Source: Chitinivibrionales bacterium
GTDB taxonomy: Bacteria > Fibrobacterota > Chitinivibrionia > Chitinivibrionales > WJKA01
Direction: 5' to 3'
Assembly (NCBI GenBank): GCA_038247415.1
Contig: JBBRUX010000018.1
Location: 8,633-72,632, forward strand
Length of the DNA stretch: 64,000 nucleotides
Every line of letters begins with the position of its first letter. The stretch's first letter is position 1. Below the pieces are notes generated by a model. That model had not been told where the DNA came from and did not search any database. It saw only the letters and a program-made list of their open reading frames with translations. Of this stretch, positions 10,821-21,041 are shown piece by piece. The position numbers were made by a program, and so were the translations under genes.

Positions 10821-12194
10821 TCAAGCATGAGCAGCCTTATCAAAAACAAGACGACCATCCACCAAACGGACAAAAAGGTTATTTTCGTCTTGATTAATTT
10901 CCCGTTCGGCATTTTCAAATTTAATAAGGGTTCCCGGATGGGCATTTTTAATTTTGATAAATGGTTCGGGAAATTGAGATAGTAATTCTTCGATGGATGC
11001 AATTTCGGTCTCTCGTTGATTTTGCGTCTCCACTAAACTTATTTTCGTATTTTGTAATTGCGCAATCATCGCAATATTTGTTTGCGCAAGAACACCATCG
11101 GCATTCATGCCTTTAGATACCGTGTCAAACAGTTTTTGCTTTGTTGTTCCAATAGCAGTGGTGAGCTGCATAGTTTCTTTTAGCAGCGAATATTTTTTTG
11201 CAAGCAATTCGGCAGAACCCAAGATATGTAAACGAGTTCGCGTTTCGGCACTTGTTCCGCACGATGCTACAACAATAGATATACCAGCGCACGTTAAGCC
11301 CCCTACAATATTCTTGGCTCCAATAGTCCTCTGCGCTTTAATGGTAGTATTAACAATATCTTCTGATACAATCAGATCACATGTTTCTATTGTAAATCGT
11401 TCGACATGATGCAGTTTTAATGTTTTTCCGCATTTAATAACACCCTGATTGCCACCACTCACCCCTCCCCTGATCTCAATCGCACCCGTTGCACGAATCT
11501 TTGCATCTTCCACATTGCCCATAATGCATACATCACCGTCAACCTCGAGCTCAAATCCTGTGCGCACCGATCCCTTAACAACAATATCTCCTGCAAACGA
11601 AATATTCCCCGTGGTATAATCGATATCGCTTTCGATTACTTTTTCTGTTCTAATTTCAAAAATACCATCTGTTCGCACCGTAAGGGCCCCATCCACGGCA
11701 GCAATAAGCAGATTAGTATCGCGATCTGAAATAGTTGTGCCTCTTCCCAAAGGCAACAAGGCATCTACCATGCGCGCGGCAGGAATTATTGTACCAAAAA
11801 TATTTTGCCCATCGGTACCTGGAATGGGAGGATTTCTCTTCACAAGTTCCATTCCTTTCCGAACCGCAATCACATATTGAATTTCGCGATGGTCAACCCT
11901 CCCCCCAGCCACTATTTTAGGTTTCCCGCGAGATTCAAGGTCGATAAGCCCTTCGCAACGTCCTGGTTTGGGCTGCACCGGAGGAATTCCTGTGGCAACC
12001 TCTATTCTTGTAGCGAATATTTTTTCTGCAACTATTTTCTTGACCATTGCGGTAGATATGCCCACAATAACACCATGAGCCGTTAAACAACTTAAAATAT
12101 CTGCTTCAGAAGGGAATGCGTGCGTTGGATTATCCGCAATAAGGACAAACGCGTGCAAATTATCGGGAGTGTACATTACCGAACAGATACTCAC
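10821..12194 (-). CDS. FapA family (DUF342) protein
   Basis: GRVDHREI, PGTDGQNIFG, DIDYTTGNISFAGDIVVKGSVRTGF motifs characteristic of FapA. Confidence 0.85.
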   Translation of the reverse strand: MSICSVMYTPDNLHAFVLIADNPTHAFPSEADILSCLTAHGVIVGISTAMVKKIVAEKIFATRIEVATGIPPVQPKPGRCEGLIDLESRGKPKIVAGGRVDHREIQYVIAVRKGMELVKRNPPIPGTDGQNIFGTIIPAARMVDALLPLGRGTTISDRDTNLLIAAVDGALTVRTDGIFEIRTEKVIESDIDYTTGNISFAGDIVVKGSVRTGFELEVDGDVCIMGNVEDAKIRATGAIEIRGGVSGGNQGVIKCGKTLKLHHVERFTIETCDLIVSEDIVNTTIKAQRTIGAKNIVGGLTCAGISIVVASCGTSAETRTRLHILGSAELLAKKYSLLKETMQLTTAIGTTKQKLFDTVSKGMNADGVLAQTNIAMIAQLQNTKISLVETQNQRETEIASIEELLSQFPEPFIKIKNAHPGTLIKFENAEREINQDENNLFVRLVDGRLVFDKAAHA

Positions 12195-12212
12195 AATACT
12201 TTTTCCTTCTCA

Positions 12213-13196
12213 TTACCGTGCAGAGTGTGTTTTCCCAAAAGCCAGATATTCTTGTATATACTCTTCGATAGAAGCTTCGAGATGTAAACATTCATGCGTG
12301 CACCCCGCTAAGCGCAGCTTAGTCAATGTTGCTGTGGTGGTGTATTGATATTGTTTTCGCAAAGACTCGGGCATTTCTATATACTCAATCCTGCCATCGG
12401 ACTTATGAGCCGCTTTAAACATGGCATGTGCAAGGTCATTCCAGCTCCGGGCGCGCCCGGTTCCTATGTTGTAAATACCATGGGCATCGGTATTAGATAA
12501 AAACCACAGCACCATGGCAATAGCATCTTTAACATAAATAAAATCACGATTTTGTTCTCCATCTCGATAATCGAGTCGATACGATTTAAACAGCGTAATG
12601 ATTCCTTCATCGCGAACACGAGAATATGCTTTTGCAATAACGCTTTGCATCTCGCCCTTATGATATTCCCCCGGACCAAAAACATTAAAGAATTTTAGAC
12701 CCACGATGTGCCCAAGCCAGCCTCTGCGGAAAGCAACCTGATCGAAAAGGTGCTTAGAATATCCATACATATTAAGTGGTCGCAACATATCGAGCTTCGA
12801 TTCATCGTCGTCATATCCATGCTCTCCATTTCCATACGTTGCAGCACTTGACGCATAGATAAAACGTACCGATTGATGCATCTCCCACCACCGCGCCATC
12901 CGAAGCGTATACCGGTAATTATTCTCCATCAAATAATCTGCGTTTTTTTCGGTTGTAGCACTGCAGGCACCAAAATGCACAATTGCTGTTATCGAATCAT
13001 CGTACATCCGAGACTCTAATCGTGTCAAGAAAGTGTCTTTATCGATATAATCCAGAAACGAAAGCCCAACAAGATTCTTCCATTTATCAGAACTTCCCAA
13101 ATGGTCAACTATCAAAATATCGCAAATTCCCGCTTTATTAAGCTCCCATACGCAGCAGCTTCCAATAAACCCTGCCCCACCCGTTACAACAACCAT
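12213..13196 (-). CDS. hldD: ADP-L-glycero-D-manno-heptose 6-epimerase
   Basis: VVTGGAGFIGS, HFGACSATTE, YASSAATYG, PLNMYGYSK, FNVFGPGEYHKGEM, RDFIYVKD. Confidence 0.95.
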   Translation of the reverse strand: MVVVTGGAGFIGSCCVWELNKAGICDILIVDHLGSSDKWKNLVGLSFLDYIDKDTFLTRLESRMYDDSITAIVHFGACSATTEKNADYLMENNYRYTLRMARWWEMHQSVRFIYASSAATYGNGEHGYDDDESKLDMLRPLNMYGYSKHLFDQVAFRRGWLGHIVGLKFFNVFGPGEYHKGEMQSVIAKAYSRVRDEGIITLFKSYRLDYRDGEQNRDFIYVKDAIAMVLWFLSNTDAHGIYNIGTGRARSWNDLAHAMFKAAHKSDGRIEYIEMPESLRKQYQYTTTATLTKLRLAGCTHECLHLEASIEEYIQEYLAFGKTHSAR

Positions 13197-13448
13197 TTTG
13201 TACTCCTTGGAATATACTCCTATTGCCGTGCTGAAACCACCACTTCTACCCAGTGGCTATCCCATTCCACTGTATATGAATATACCTCATTGGCGGCTTT
13301 TCTTATGGCTTTGGGCCAGAATGTAAATTATTCTAACCATGTTCAAAGCATGGGCCATTTCCATCGACCAGGTTGTGTTCGATTGGTATCTATTTTTTAG
13401 AACTTAGAACTCTGTAACTTATTGTAAAATCAAAGCAGGACAACGTCA

Positions 13449-14213
13449 ATGACTGTAACAAAAACAAGCCTTGAACCAGTTTGCATCAGATGTAAATCCG
13501 TGCTCCATACTTCGCAGGATAGGTGCACAGTGTGCGGATCCCTTGCATATCCTCAGGTGAGCCAACTCTCGCCAGACCACACATTTTCTCAAATGCCGTG
13601 GGAAAAAGCATCGCAGATAGGTATACTCAAAGCTTTTTGGCAAACTATTCGTTCTTCGCTCTTCCACCCAAAAACTTTTTTTAAGCATATTCGCCGTTCA
13701 GAAGATACAACCCAAGCCCTGCTCTTTGCACTCATGATAGGCTCTCTGGGCATCCTTATTAATACTATGTGGACCTCGCTGGCGATCACAAGCGTTTCTC
13801 AAAGCTTTGGAAGCATCCTTTCGCCGGGGGATTCTGCTGGCATTTCGGGGCTTTTGTACTACCCCCTTTTCGAAATTTGTCAGCTCACCCTACTCACCGG
13901 TTATTGCCATCTCATGCTGCGCCTTACAGGAAGTAAAGATATTAAATTCTCGGGGAGCTTTCGCGTCGTCTGTTATGCTCAATCTGCGATAGTGCTTTCG
14001 ATCATTCCCCTTATTGGGGGATATATCCTCTCACCTATCCTTATGGTGTACCTGTGCGCTCAAGGATTGCACCATGCACATGGCGTTTCCAGAACAAAAG
14101 CGCTCCTCATTCAAATTATTCCCATAATTATTATAGGGATATTATTCCTTTTTCTCACCGCACTTTTGATGATTGGTACTATTGGTGCTGACATTTTTAA
14201 AGCTTTATGGTAA
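13449..14213 (+). CDS. YIP1-family membrane protein with N-terminal zinc ribbon
   Basis: CxxC...CxxCG, PWE...FWQT...P..FF motif, five TM segments. Confidence 0.75.
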   Translation: MTVTKTSLEPVCIRCKSVLHTSQDRCTVCGSLAYPQVSQLSPDHTFSQMPWEKASQIGILKAFWQTIRSSLFHPKTFFKHIRRSEDTTQALLFALMIGSLGILINTMWTSLAITSVSQSFGSILSPGDSAGISGLLYYPLFEICQLTLLTGYCHLMLRLTGSKDIKFSGSFRVVCYAQSAIVLSIIPLIGGYILSPILMVYLCAQGLHHAHGVSRTKALLIQIIPIIIIGILFLFLTALLMIGTIGADIFKALW

Positions 14214-14256
14214 ACTATCCGATAGATATACTAACAGCTCATCAATGGAAACAATC

Positions 14257-14517
14257 ATGGCAAATACAATAAAAATGCTTTTGGATGTCGAAATGCCCAT
14301 TTCAGTGCAACTTGGGCAAACGAGTATGACACTCAAGGAGCTCTTGGCGCTCAAAAAGGGGTGTCTTGTTCAACTTAAAAGAATGGCTGGTGAGCCTATA
14401 GATGCCTTTATGCAAGGAAAGCTCCTTGCAAAAGGCGAAATTACAGTAGTAGACGATAAGCTTTCGATCCGAATAGGATCTTTATACGGAGAAAAAGAGC
14501 GCTTTAAGCACCTGTAA
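14257..14517 (+). CDS. fliN: Flagellar motor switch protein FliN (SpoA domain only)
   Basis: LLDVEMPISVQLGQT...LKRMAGEPI...AKGEITVVDDKLSIRI; alternative ATG at 14245. Confidence 0.85.
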   Translation: MANTIKMLLDVEMPISVQLGQTSMTLKELLALKKGCLVQLKRMAGEPIDAFMQGKLLAKGEITVVDDKLSIRIGSLYGEKERFKHL

Positions 14518-14531
14518 ATAGCTCACATGCT

Positions 14532-16487
14532 CTATTTGCGTTGCAGAGGGAGCAGTATCGATGTTCCTACCTGCTGAGGGTTTAAACCACTTCGATTTAG
14601 TGTACTTTGAGCATCCCCCACTAACCGTCCATCTACGCGATACAGTAAAGCCTTGGGAGCATACCCGATCGTCCTTGTTTCGGTGCGCTGCAACGAAAAC
14701 ACCAACTTTTTTGACACCTGCCTCTTTGGAAAAGCCATTTCCTTATTCTTGCCATACTCAATAGAGGTAACGGGGCCACCAATAAGCCCTGCAATTGCCA
14801 AGGTCTTCATATAATGCCCTTTATCAACCTTCTGAAAAGGCCCACACAAAGGCAGCGTTGTCGGGTATGACAAAAGCGCAAAATCGAGGGTCAGTGAATC
14901 AAAGCTCGAACAAGGCAAGGTAAAAAATGTATCTCGGGGGAGAAGGCTGACTGTCAACTTTGCTGTATCAACCAGTATGGTATCAAAATATACTGTTCGT
15001 GGAGTATCAACGACGCTAAACTGAATGGGTTTATTCTGCGTAAAGGTATTAAATTTCTGATAGAGATTATACACTTTTCCAGAGTCTGGCTCGGCGCGTA
15101 ATTCATATCCATTGTTCCGATAAAAAATATTATTGTACACTTTCCAATTAAAGACATTTGCAGGCTGACCCATGACACGTCCATCTGGTTTCTGCAGATA
15201 CAATCCAAAGGTACCATTTTTTGCCATCAAATTATTCACAACGGTAACATTAGAAGCATCAACACCAAAAACTGCTGCCTTGGTGTTATTCACAAATACA
15301 TTATTATCAATAAGCAAGGGTCCAAAACCCAATTCTACAAAGAGCGCGTTATCCTTATTGCCATAAAAAAGGTTCCGGCAGATCCGTGCATTTTTCCATT
15401 CGGAATCTACCCATACTCCGTATGCATAATTATTTCGAACCACATTTTCGGCAAAAACACCATCTGTGAACCTATGAACCTTAAAACCCGCATTTTCCAC
15501 TACGTCAATTTGGTCGATGTTGTTTCGTTCAATAATATTGCCAATAACCTGAGTTCCGCAAGAGCTCATGGCGGCCATACCAGACACCCCATTGTCACAC
15601 ACAATGTTATTGCGAATGATATGATACCCTACACCTAATGGGGCTTTTTGCGTACCCTCATTATCAAGCCCACCCTCATTGCCAAAATCGATTCCAGTGC
15701 TTTTTGCGTACCTGACAACATTGTTCTCGATGAGCCAATGGTTCCCACTTCGACAACCAAGCAAGCCCGCTTGAGCATTGGCAGCAACAGCATCAAACAT
15801 CCCGGGATACTGATTTGACCCGTGTTCTATAACAAATCCCTTGACAGTAATATAGGAAAGTCCACGGATATGCGGGGCAAATACGCGCGAACGAGCAGAA
15901 ATTTCCACACATGCAGTGGCAGGAGAAGTGCCATCGGGAAAATGAATGACAAGCTCATCGGTAAGAGAATCATGGTACCAGCTCTTTTTAAGCCCCGGTA
16001 AACGCGAACCAATAGTTTCTGATAAGTATATACCATTAACAAATATTTGACCAAGGGTCAAAGTTTTAGCTCCAGCACTAACCATATGATAAGGATTATA
16101 GCTCCCAAATAGTGCAGAATCCAATTTCCCACGGTAGATATTCTTTGCAGAGTCTTCGGTTGTCCACACGGGCTTAAAAACCTCAGACCCCCTAATGTAA
16201 ACAGTATCAGATCCCAATGTGAGCCCTAAATAGGTAACGGGTTGTATTGCAGTTCCAGACCGAGCTGGAGCAACACGCTCACGATAAATTCCGGGCATTA
16301 CCACGACAGTATCTCCAGGCTGCGCATAGAGTGCGCCCATACTGATAGTTTTAAAGGGGAGCGTTTGGGTAGCGTCACCAGCATCTGTGGCAGTTGGATC
16401 ATTCTGATCGATTGTATAGGTACGAGCAGAAAGCGATGATACTGCGACGAACATGAGAGCAAGAAGAGTGGGCACCAAACATTTCAT
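14532..16487 (-). CDS. Secreted right-handed parallel beta-helix protein (DUF1565-like) with T9SS-like tail
   Basis: Signal peptide, PFKTI...AQPGDTVVVMPGIYRE, NN-rich beta-helix repeats, C-terminal LYRVDGRLV. Confidence 0.8.
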   Translation of the reverse strand: MKCLVPTLLALMFVAVSSLSARTYTIDQNDPTATDAGDATQTLPFKTISMGALYAQPGDTVVVMPGIYRERVAPARSGTAIQPVTYLGLTLGSDTVYIRGSEVFKPVWTTEDSAKNIYRGKLDSALFGSYNPYHMVSAGAKTLTLGQIFVNGIYLSETIGSRLPGLKKSWYHDSLTDELVIHFPDGTSPATACVEISARSRVFAPHIRGLSYITVKGFVIEHGSNQYPGMFDAVAANAQAGLLGCRSGNHWLIENNVVRYAKSTGIDFGNEGGLDNEGTQKAPLGVGYHIIRNNIVCDNGVSGMAAMSSCGTQVIGNIIERNNIDQIDVVENAGFKVHRFTDGVFAENVVRNNYAYGVWVDSEWKNARICRNLFYGNKDNALFVELGFGPLLIDNNVFVNNTKAAVFGVDASNVTVVNNLMAKNGTFGLYLQKPDGRVMGQPANVFNWKVYNNIFYRNNGYELRAEPDSGKVYNLYQKFNTFTQNKPIQFSVVDTPRTVYFDTILVDTAKLTVSLLPRDTFFTLPCSSFDSLTLDFALLSYPTTLPLCGPFQKVDKGHYMKTLAIAGLIGGPVTSIEYGKNKEMAFPKRQVSKKLVFSLQRTETRTIGYAPKALLYRVDGRLVGDAQSTLNRSGLNPQQVGTSILLPLQRK

Positions 16488-16729
16488 ACTGGCATCCTTT
16501 AATGAGGAAGAAAATGTATGCGCACAAAGATTGAACGTCCGCATTCACCCAAACCAACTAATCAGAAAATCAGCAATAATATAATCAACAAAATTGGGAT
16601 TATGAAGATCTCAGGAGAAAAAATGTTGAATTTTATTTTTTACATGCACAAAGTTTCAGAGGGAAGCGATCTTGTGCGCATAGCGATACTGTTCTAGACA
16701 TATGCAACACGAATCAATTTCATACAATC

Positions 16730-16846
16730 AGAATCGTGGCGTCACGGTGTACACGTCGGCCCACCTTACGTGCTCCACCACGTCGGGAGCCGCCGCGGAA
16801 CACCCGAAGGGTATGGGCGACGGCAAAGCCGGAACGCCCTGAATCT
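16730..16846. ncRNA. Candidate structured non-coding element (unassigned)
   Basis: GC-rich island in an AT-rich intergenic region; nested stems GGCGT/ACGCC, CACGT/ACGTG, GCTCC/GGAGC, GCCG.CGC/GCG.CGGC, ACCC/GGGT. Confidence 0.4.
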
Positions 16847-16875
16847 TCCGTAAACTGTCAATTAAAACACATAGG

Positions 16876-18021
16876 TTAAAAACCATACTGAAGGCTCAAT
16901 CTAATAGGACTTAGCGCAAGATCGTCAAATCGCAAGGCATAATCAAGGCTTAGATGCTTATACACAACAGAAGCCCCCAGGGTAAAAACCGCGTTCGAAA
17001 ATCCGACTCTTACACCAACCATGTCAAAAAAGAACGCTTCTAGTCCACCATGAACGGTATTCTGATACGCAGCACTTGAATCAGCCCCTACGGCATCGGG
17101 ATTATCGCCAAATTGCCTTTTAAGAGCAAAAGACACGAGCCATCGAGCGTGCAACAAACCGCTCTCGTCAAGGTATGCGATACCATAATTCTGGTCAAGA
17201 TGCAAAGGCTCTTCATACTGCGCTGGCGAATTTACCCATTTCATTGACGTTGGAAGGATATTACGCAGCGATACACCACATGTTAATTGACGCGAAACAT
17301 TTTTATTTACAAAATCATAATCAAGACCAACTGCTGCCAACGCTCCAATATCTGCATTAACACCAAAACCCATCCGCAGTATTCCCTTAGGATCAAGAGT
17401 TTGCCAGAACCCCTTAAGCGATGCCCCACACGATACTGTAATGGGCAAAGGGTAGCTTGCAAGAGTATACGATCTATCTGAATTAATGCGAAATAAGCGG
17501 GCAACGCTTATAACAACTTCATGTTGATTATTGCTAAAAACGCTTTCCACAGAACCATTCGCGCGCAGAGAGGGATTTACCAATCGCTGGGAATAGGTTT
17601 CTGGCAGCGAATCCGAATAGACTATATCCCCGCTAAAAAAAGGCGCATAGCCTCCCCCTATCGTGATATCCGACCCAATGGGAGCAACAGCCGACAAAAG
17701 GGCTTGCCGCGAAACTCCAAACAATAAGGCACCCTCTACCCCTACGTCAATACTTTTTGCAGAGCTAAGAACCGCAGGATTTATGAGAATTGATTGAGGA
17801 CCCAAATAAAGTGCAACATCGGCATCTCCCATGCCACACGATCGGGCACCTGCGGGAATTCTCAAAAAATCTCCCGTGTAAAGTATTGTATCAGCTCGAG
17901 TTTGAGAGAAAAGCTGCACAGGAACGGTAAGAACGCACAAGAAAGTAATAATGCAGGCAATTCTGTGCCTCCAAACGTCACTACCCAAAACGCTTCTGAG
18001 GGTTATCATAGATTCAATCAA
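16876..18021 (-). CDS. PorV/PorQ-family outer membrane protein (type IX secretion associated)
   Basis: FLRIPAGARSCGMG...NPAVL N-terminal motif, amphipathic beta strands, LDYA, C-terminal Phe. Confidence 0.8.
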   Translation of the reverse strand: MIESMITLRSVLGSDVWRHRIACIITFLCVLTVPVQLFSQTRADTILYTGDFLRIPAGARSCGMGDADVALYLGPQSILINPAVLSSAKSIDVGVEGALLFGVSRQALLSAVAPIGSDITIGGGYAPFFSGDIVYSDSLPETYSQRLVNPSLRANGSVESVFSNNQHEVVISVARLFRINSDRSYTLASYPLPITVSCGASLKGFWQTLDPKGILRMGFGVNADIGALAAVGLDYDFVNKNVSRQLTCGVSLRNILPTSMKWVNSPAQYEEPLHLDQNYGIAYLDESGLLHARWLVSFALKRQFGDNPDAVGADSSAAYQNTVHGGLEAFFFDMVGVRVGFSNAVFTLGASVVYKHLSLDYALRFDDLALSPIRLSLQYGF

Positions 18022-18940
18022 CCAGCAAGGCTTTTGGGAGGATACTGCCAGCAGGATTTACCGGAGAGCCATTTTTATGCACTTCATAATGTAAATGGGG
18101 TCCGGTAGATCTACCACTGGATCCCATATAGCCAATAAGCTCACCTCGTTTGACCACCTGGCCCATTACTACCGCACTTTGCTGCAAATGTCCAAATAGC
18201 GTAACATAGGAGGTTCCCCGATGGTCGAGCACGACCACATTTCCAAATCCATTTTTAACACCAACATCTGCAACAATTGCATCCCCGGGTGCATGAATTG
18301 GGGTCCATTCTCTATTTGCAATATCCATTCCCGTATGAAAAGAGCTGAGCTCAAAAAAAGGATCGACCCGATAGCCAAATCCAGACGTTATCCTGCCCTC
18401 TGTAGGCATTGTGAGCGGACGCTGCAGCCAATAATCGTATTGACGCACGATATAATCTTGCATGCGCGTGAATGTTTCAGACTGCAAGGCAGCCTCACGC
18501 GAAAGAATTCGCACATTCGAGAGCACACTGTCTGCATGAGCAACCTTAGGGTCAGCAAGCGATGCACGAATAGACTCCTCGACACTTGGGGGACCACCAA
18601 CCCCTGCCATCCGGATATCACTGCTAATAGAATTTAATCCAAAAGCCAGTCGCGTTTTATCTTCGAATGAAATGAGCTCTGCCATTTTAGCTGCATAATA
18701 ATTAGCTGCACGACGAAGGTAAACTGTTGACTCTAGCAGAATTGAATTGCGTTGTTTTTCGTACCGCAAACCATATTTTGCGAAAGCGTATGAAGTTCCT
18801 ATGTACATGCACCGCGCAAGACCCAAACAGCCAAACAACCCAACAACCATGCAACAAACCCACAACCAATGAGGCATGGTTACCTGTATTGGTTTTTTGC
18901 TACCAGAAGAATAAAGAATCGACCACTGTTTTTGCTTCAT
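18014..18940 (-). CDS. M23 family metallopeptidase
   Basis: ITSGFGYRVDP, HTGMD, GHL, GRSTGPHLHYEV; N-terminal TM and coiled coil. Confidence 0.95.
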   Translation of the reverse strand: MKQKQWSILYSSGSKKPIQVTMPHWLWVCCMVVGLFGCLGLARCMYIGTSYAFAKYGLRYEKQRNSILLESTVYLRRAANYYAAKMAELISFEDKTRLAFGLNSISSDIRMAGVGGPPSVEESIRASLADPKVAHADSVLSNVRILSREAALQSETFTRMQDYIVRQYDYWLQRPLTMPTEGRITSGFGYRVDPFFELSSFHTGMDIANREWTPIHAPGDAIVADVGVKNGFGNVVVLDHRGTSYVTLFGHLQQSAVVMGQVVKRGELIGYMGSSGRSTGPHLHYEVHKNGSPVNPAGSILPKALLVD

Positions 18941-18989
18941 CAAACCTGTTTCATACTATATAAGAGCATGTGTTAATAACATGTGAATA

Positions 18990-19019
18990 ATGATACTACT
19001 GATGACCAGGTAAAGTCAA
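18990..19019 (-). promoter_or_regulatory. Putative sigma70 promoter for the M23-porV operon
   Basis: TTGACT-N18-TATCAT on the minus strand, ~50 nt upstream of the M23 start. Confidence 0.45.
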
Positions 19020-19149
19020 GCCTGAGCATAGCCTAACCCACAGTGGATTAAGCCCCCAAGACTAAAAGCATTCCACACTACGCCCAAAACATCAAAGTAT
19101 TTTAAGATACTCTATGGATCGGTTTAGGAAAAGGTTGAGGGAGATTAAA

Positions 19150-19671
19150 ATGGAACCACATGGCCAAATTCAGCTCTACCTAGGCAATGGCAAAGGAAAA
19201 ACAACTGCTGCTGTTGGACTAGCACTACGATCTCTTGGACACGGCAAAAAGGTTGTTTTCGCTCAATTCCTTAAAAATCAGCCTACTGGTGAAATGATCG
19301 CCTTTCAGCACTTTAAGGCTCACATTACTTTCAAGCAATTCGGAACGGGCGAATTTATCCTAAAAACACCAACTCAGCACGATATTGAATGGGCTCAAAA
19401 AGGCCTTTTATTCATCTTGGATGCAATAAAAAATGTATCAATCGATGTGGTGATCCTTGACGAAATTCTTGATGCTTTAGAATTAAGCCTTTTAAGCCTC
19501 AAAGAAGTTCAGAGCATATTTTTGGCAAAACATGCTCATGTAGAACTCGTTTTAACAGGCAGAAATGCACCGCAGGAAATTCTTGAACAAGCAAATCTCA
19601 TTACCACTATGAGTTTAGTAAAGCATTATTTTGATTCAGGAATTCCTGCGCGAGCGGGTATCGAATTTTAA
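19150..19671 (+). CDS. cobO: Cob(I)yrinic acid a,c-diamide adenosyltransferase
   Basis: YLGNGKGKTTAAVG, QFLK, ILDEI, VLTGR, HYFDSGIPARAGIEF. Confidence 0.95.
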   Translation: MEPHGQIQLYLGNGKGKTTAAVGLALRSLGHGKKVVFAQFLKNQPTGEMIAFQHFKAHITFKQFGTGEFILKTPTQHDIEWAQKGLLFILDAIKNVSIDVVILDEILDALELSLLSLKEVQSIFLAKHAHVELVLTGRNAPQEILEQANLITTMSLVKHYFDSGIPARAGIEF

Positions 19672-19728
19672 TGCGAGATGCATTAAAATTCTTTGAAGGG
19701 TGAAACCCACCAATGAACGCTGCTTCAT

Positions 19729-19745
19729 TTCGACAAGCTCAACGA
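19729..19745. repeat. REP-like half element
   Basis: TTCGACAAGCTCAACGA resembles the TTCGAC(n)GCTCA core of the element at 29018-29071. Confidence 0.4.
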
Positions 19746-19770
19746 TCGGCGGGGAGCTTTCGGATGGACA

Positions 19771-20949
19771 CTAGCAACACCCATACTCCTTATGCTTTGC
19801 CACAATCTGATCTGCAAGGACATCGAGGGCTTCAAAAACTGGGCCTTTGGGTTTTCCTTTACAAAGGACTGGTGGTATAAGCTCCACATTAAGATTTGGT
19901 ATTGCCTGTGACAAATGCTCAACTGCCTTTGTAGCCCACCCGTACGAACCTATGATACTCGCAACACGTAATTTTGGCCTGAGCTCATTTGCTAGAATAG
20001 TCGCATGCATCACATTTGGATGCGGTCCAATATGCACAGTGGGTGTACCAAGAACAATACTTGCGGCATCCACAAGGGCAATTGCAAGTTTTCCCAAATC
20101 GGTAACCGATAAATCGAATTTAACCACCTTGACATCACGCATTGTCAATGCATCAACAAGATAATCGACCATTATGCGTGTAGAATCGTGCATCGAAATA
20201 AAAGCAATAACCGTCTCGTTTTTAGGGGTATCAGAAATCCAGTCTTTATAAGCATCTATAATAAACTGCGGCCGACTGTAAACTTGCCCGTGGCTGGGGG
20301 CTATGAATCGAATCTCTTTACTTTCGATTTTCACAATATTTTTCTTAATGATAGCGCGAAAAGGCATCATAATTTCGGCGTAATATCGTTTTGCGGCCTC
20401 GTATATCTGGCCCTCATCTTCAACAAATACCCCCGAAGCTGCAACATGCGCTCCAAAAAAATCGCACGTGAACCATATCTTTTCTTCTGGACAATATGTC
20501 GACATCGTTTCTGGCCAGTGAACCCAGGGTGTATAATGAAATTCGAGTGTTTTGCCGCCAAGATCTAAGAGCTCGCCATCTGTAACACATCGAATACGAT
20601 CGGGATTTATTTCCAAGTGCTCTTCAAGCATTGGTTTACATTTAGGAGAGCACAAGACAATTGCTTGAGGGTACTGCGCTAAAACTGCAGGTACCGATCC
20701 AGAATGATCCTGTTCGGCATGCTGCACAATAACATAATCCAATACCACTACATCTGAAAGCTGTTCGAGAAACATTGCCGATTTAGAAGGATCAACAGAA
20801 TCGATGAGAACTGTTTTGGACTGGCCTTTAACCAGATAGGCATTATAGCTTGTTCCGTCGGGAAGTGGAATAAGTGCATCAAAAAGACGACGTTCCCAAT
20901 CAACAGCCCCTAAAAAGTAGATATCTTTGCATATTTCACGTGGTCGCAT
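19771..20949 (-). CDS. fprA: Flavodiiron protein (FprA / A-type flavoprotein)
   Basis: GTSYNAYL, HAEQDHSGS, PWVHWPE, FTCDFFG, APSHG, C-terminal flavodoxin with GSYGW. Confidence 0.95.
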   Translation of the reverse strand: MRPREICKDIYFLGAVDWERRLFDALIPLPDGTSYNAYLVKGQSKTVLIDSVDPSKSAMFLEQLSDVVVLDYVIVQHAEQDHSGSVPAVLAQYPQAIVLCSPKCKPMLEEHLEINPDRIRCVTDGELLDLGGKTLEFHYTPWVHWPETMSTYCPEEKIWFTCDFFGAHVAASGVFVEDEGQIYEAAKRYYAEIMMPFRAIIKKNIVKIESKEIRFIAPSHGQVYSRPQFIIDAYKDWISDTPKNETVIAFISMHDSTRIMVDYLVDALTMRDVKVVKFDLSVTDLGKLAIALVDAASIVLGTPTVHIGPHPNVMHATILANELRPKLRVASIIGSYGWATKAVEHLSQAIPNLNVELIPPVLCKGKPKGPVFEALDVLADQIVAKHKEYGCC

Positions 20950-21041
20950 GAAGTTCTCCTCGTATATTTAAAATGGAATACTATAAAATAGGTTCATGAA
21001 GCGCTGCATTCAACCTCCCCATTCATTTCAAACAAGTGCGC

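Noticed and set aside
16770..16781. GCTCCACCA resembling a tRNA-Ala/tmRNA 3' end
   Set aside because: No T-loop (GTTCRA) or acceptor-stem partner at the right spacing
16795..16845. c-di-GMP-I, FMN or group II intron domain V resemblance
   Set aside because: Only scattered short matches (GCAAAGCC, TTCAGGGCG, GAGCCG); the required motif order and loops are missing
18999..19025. Hammerhead core CTGATGA
   Set aside because: No GAAA after a stem II; better explained as the spacer of the M23 promoter
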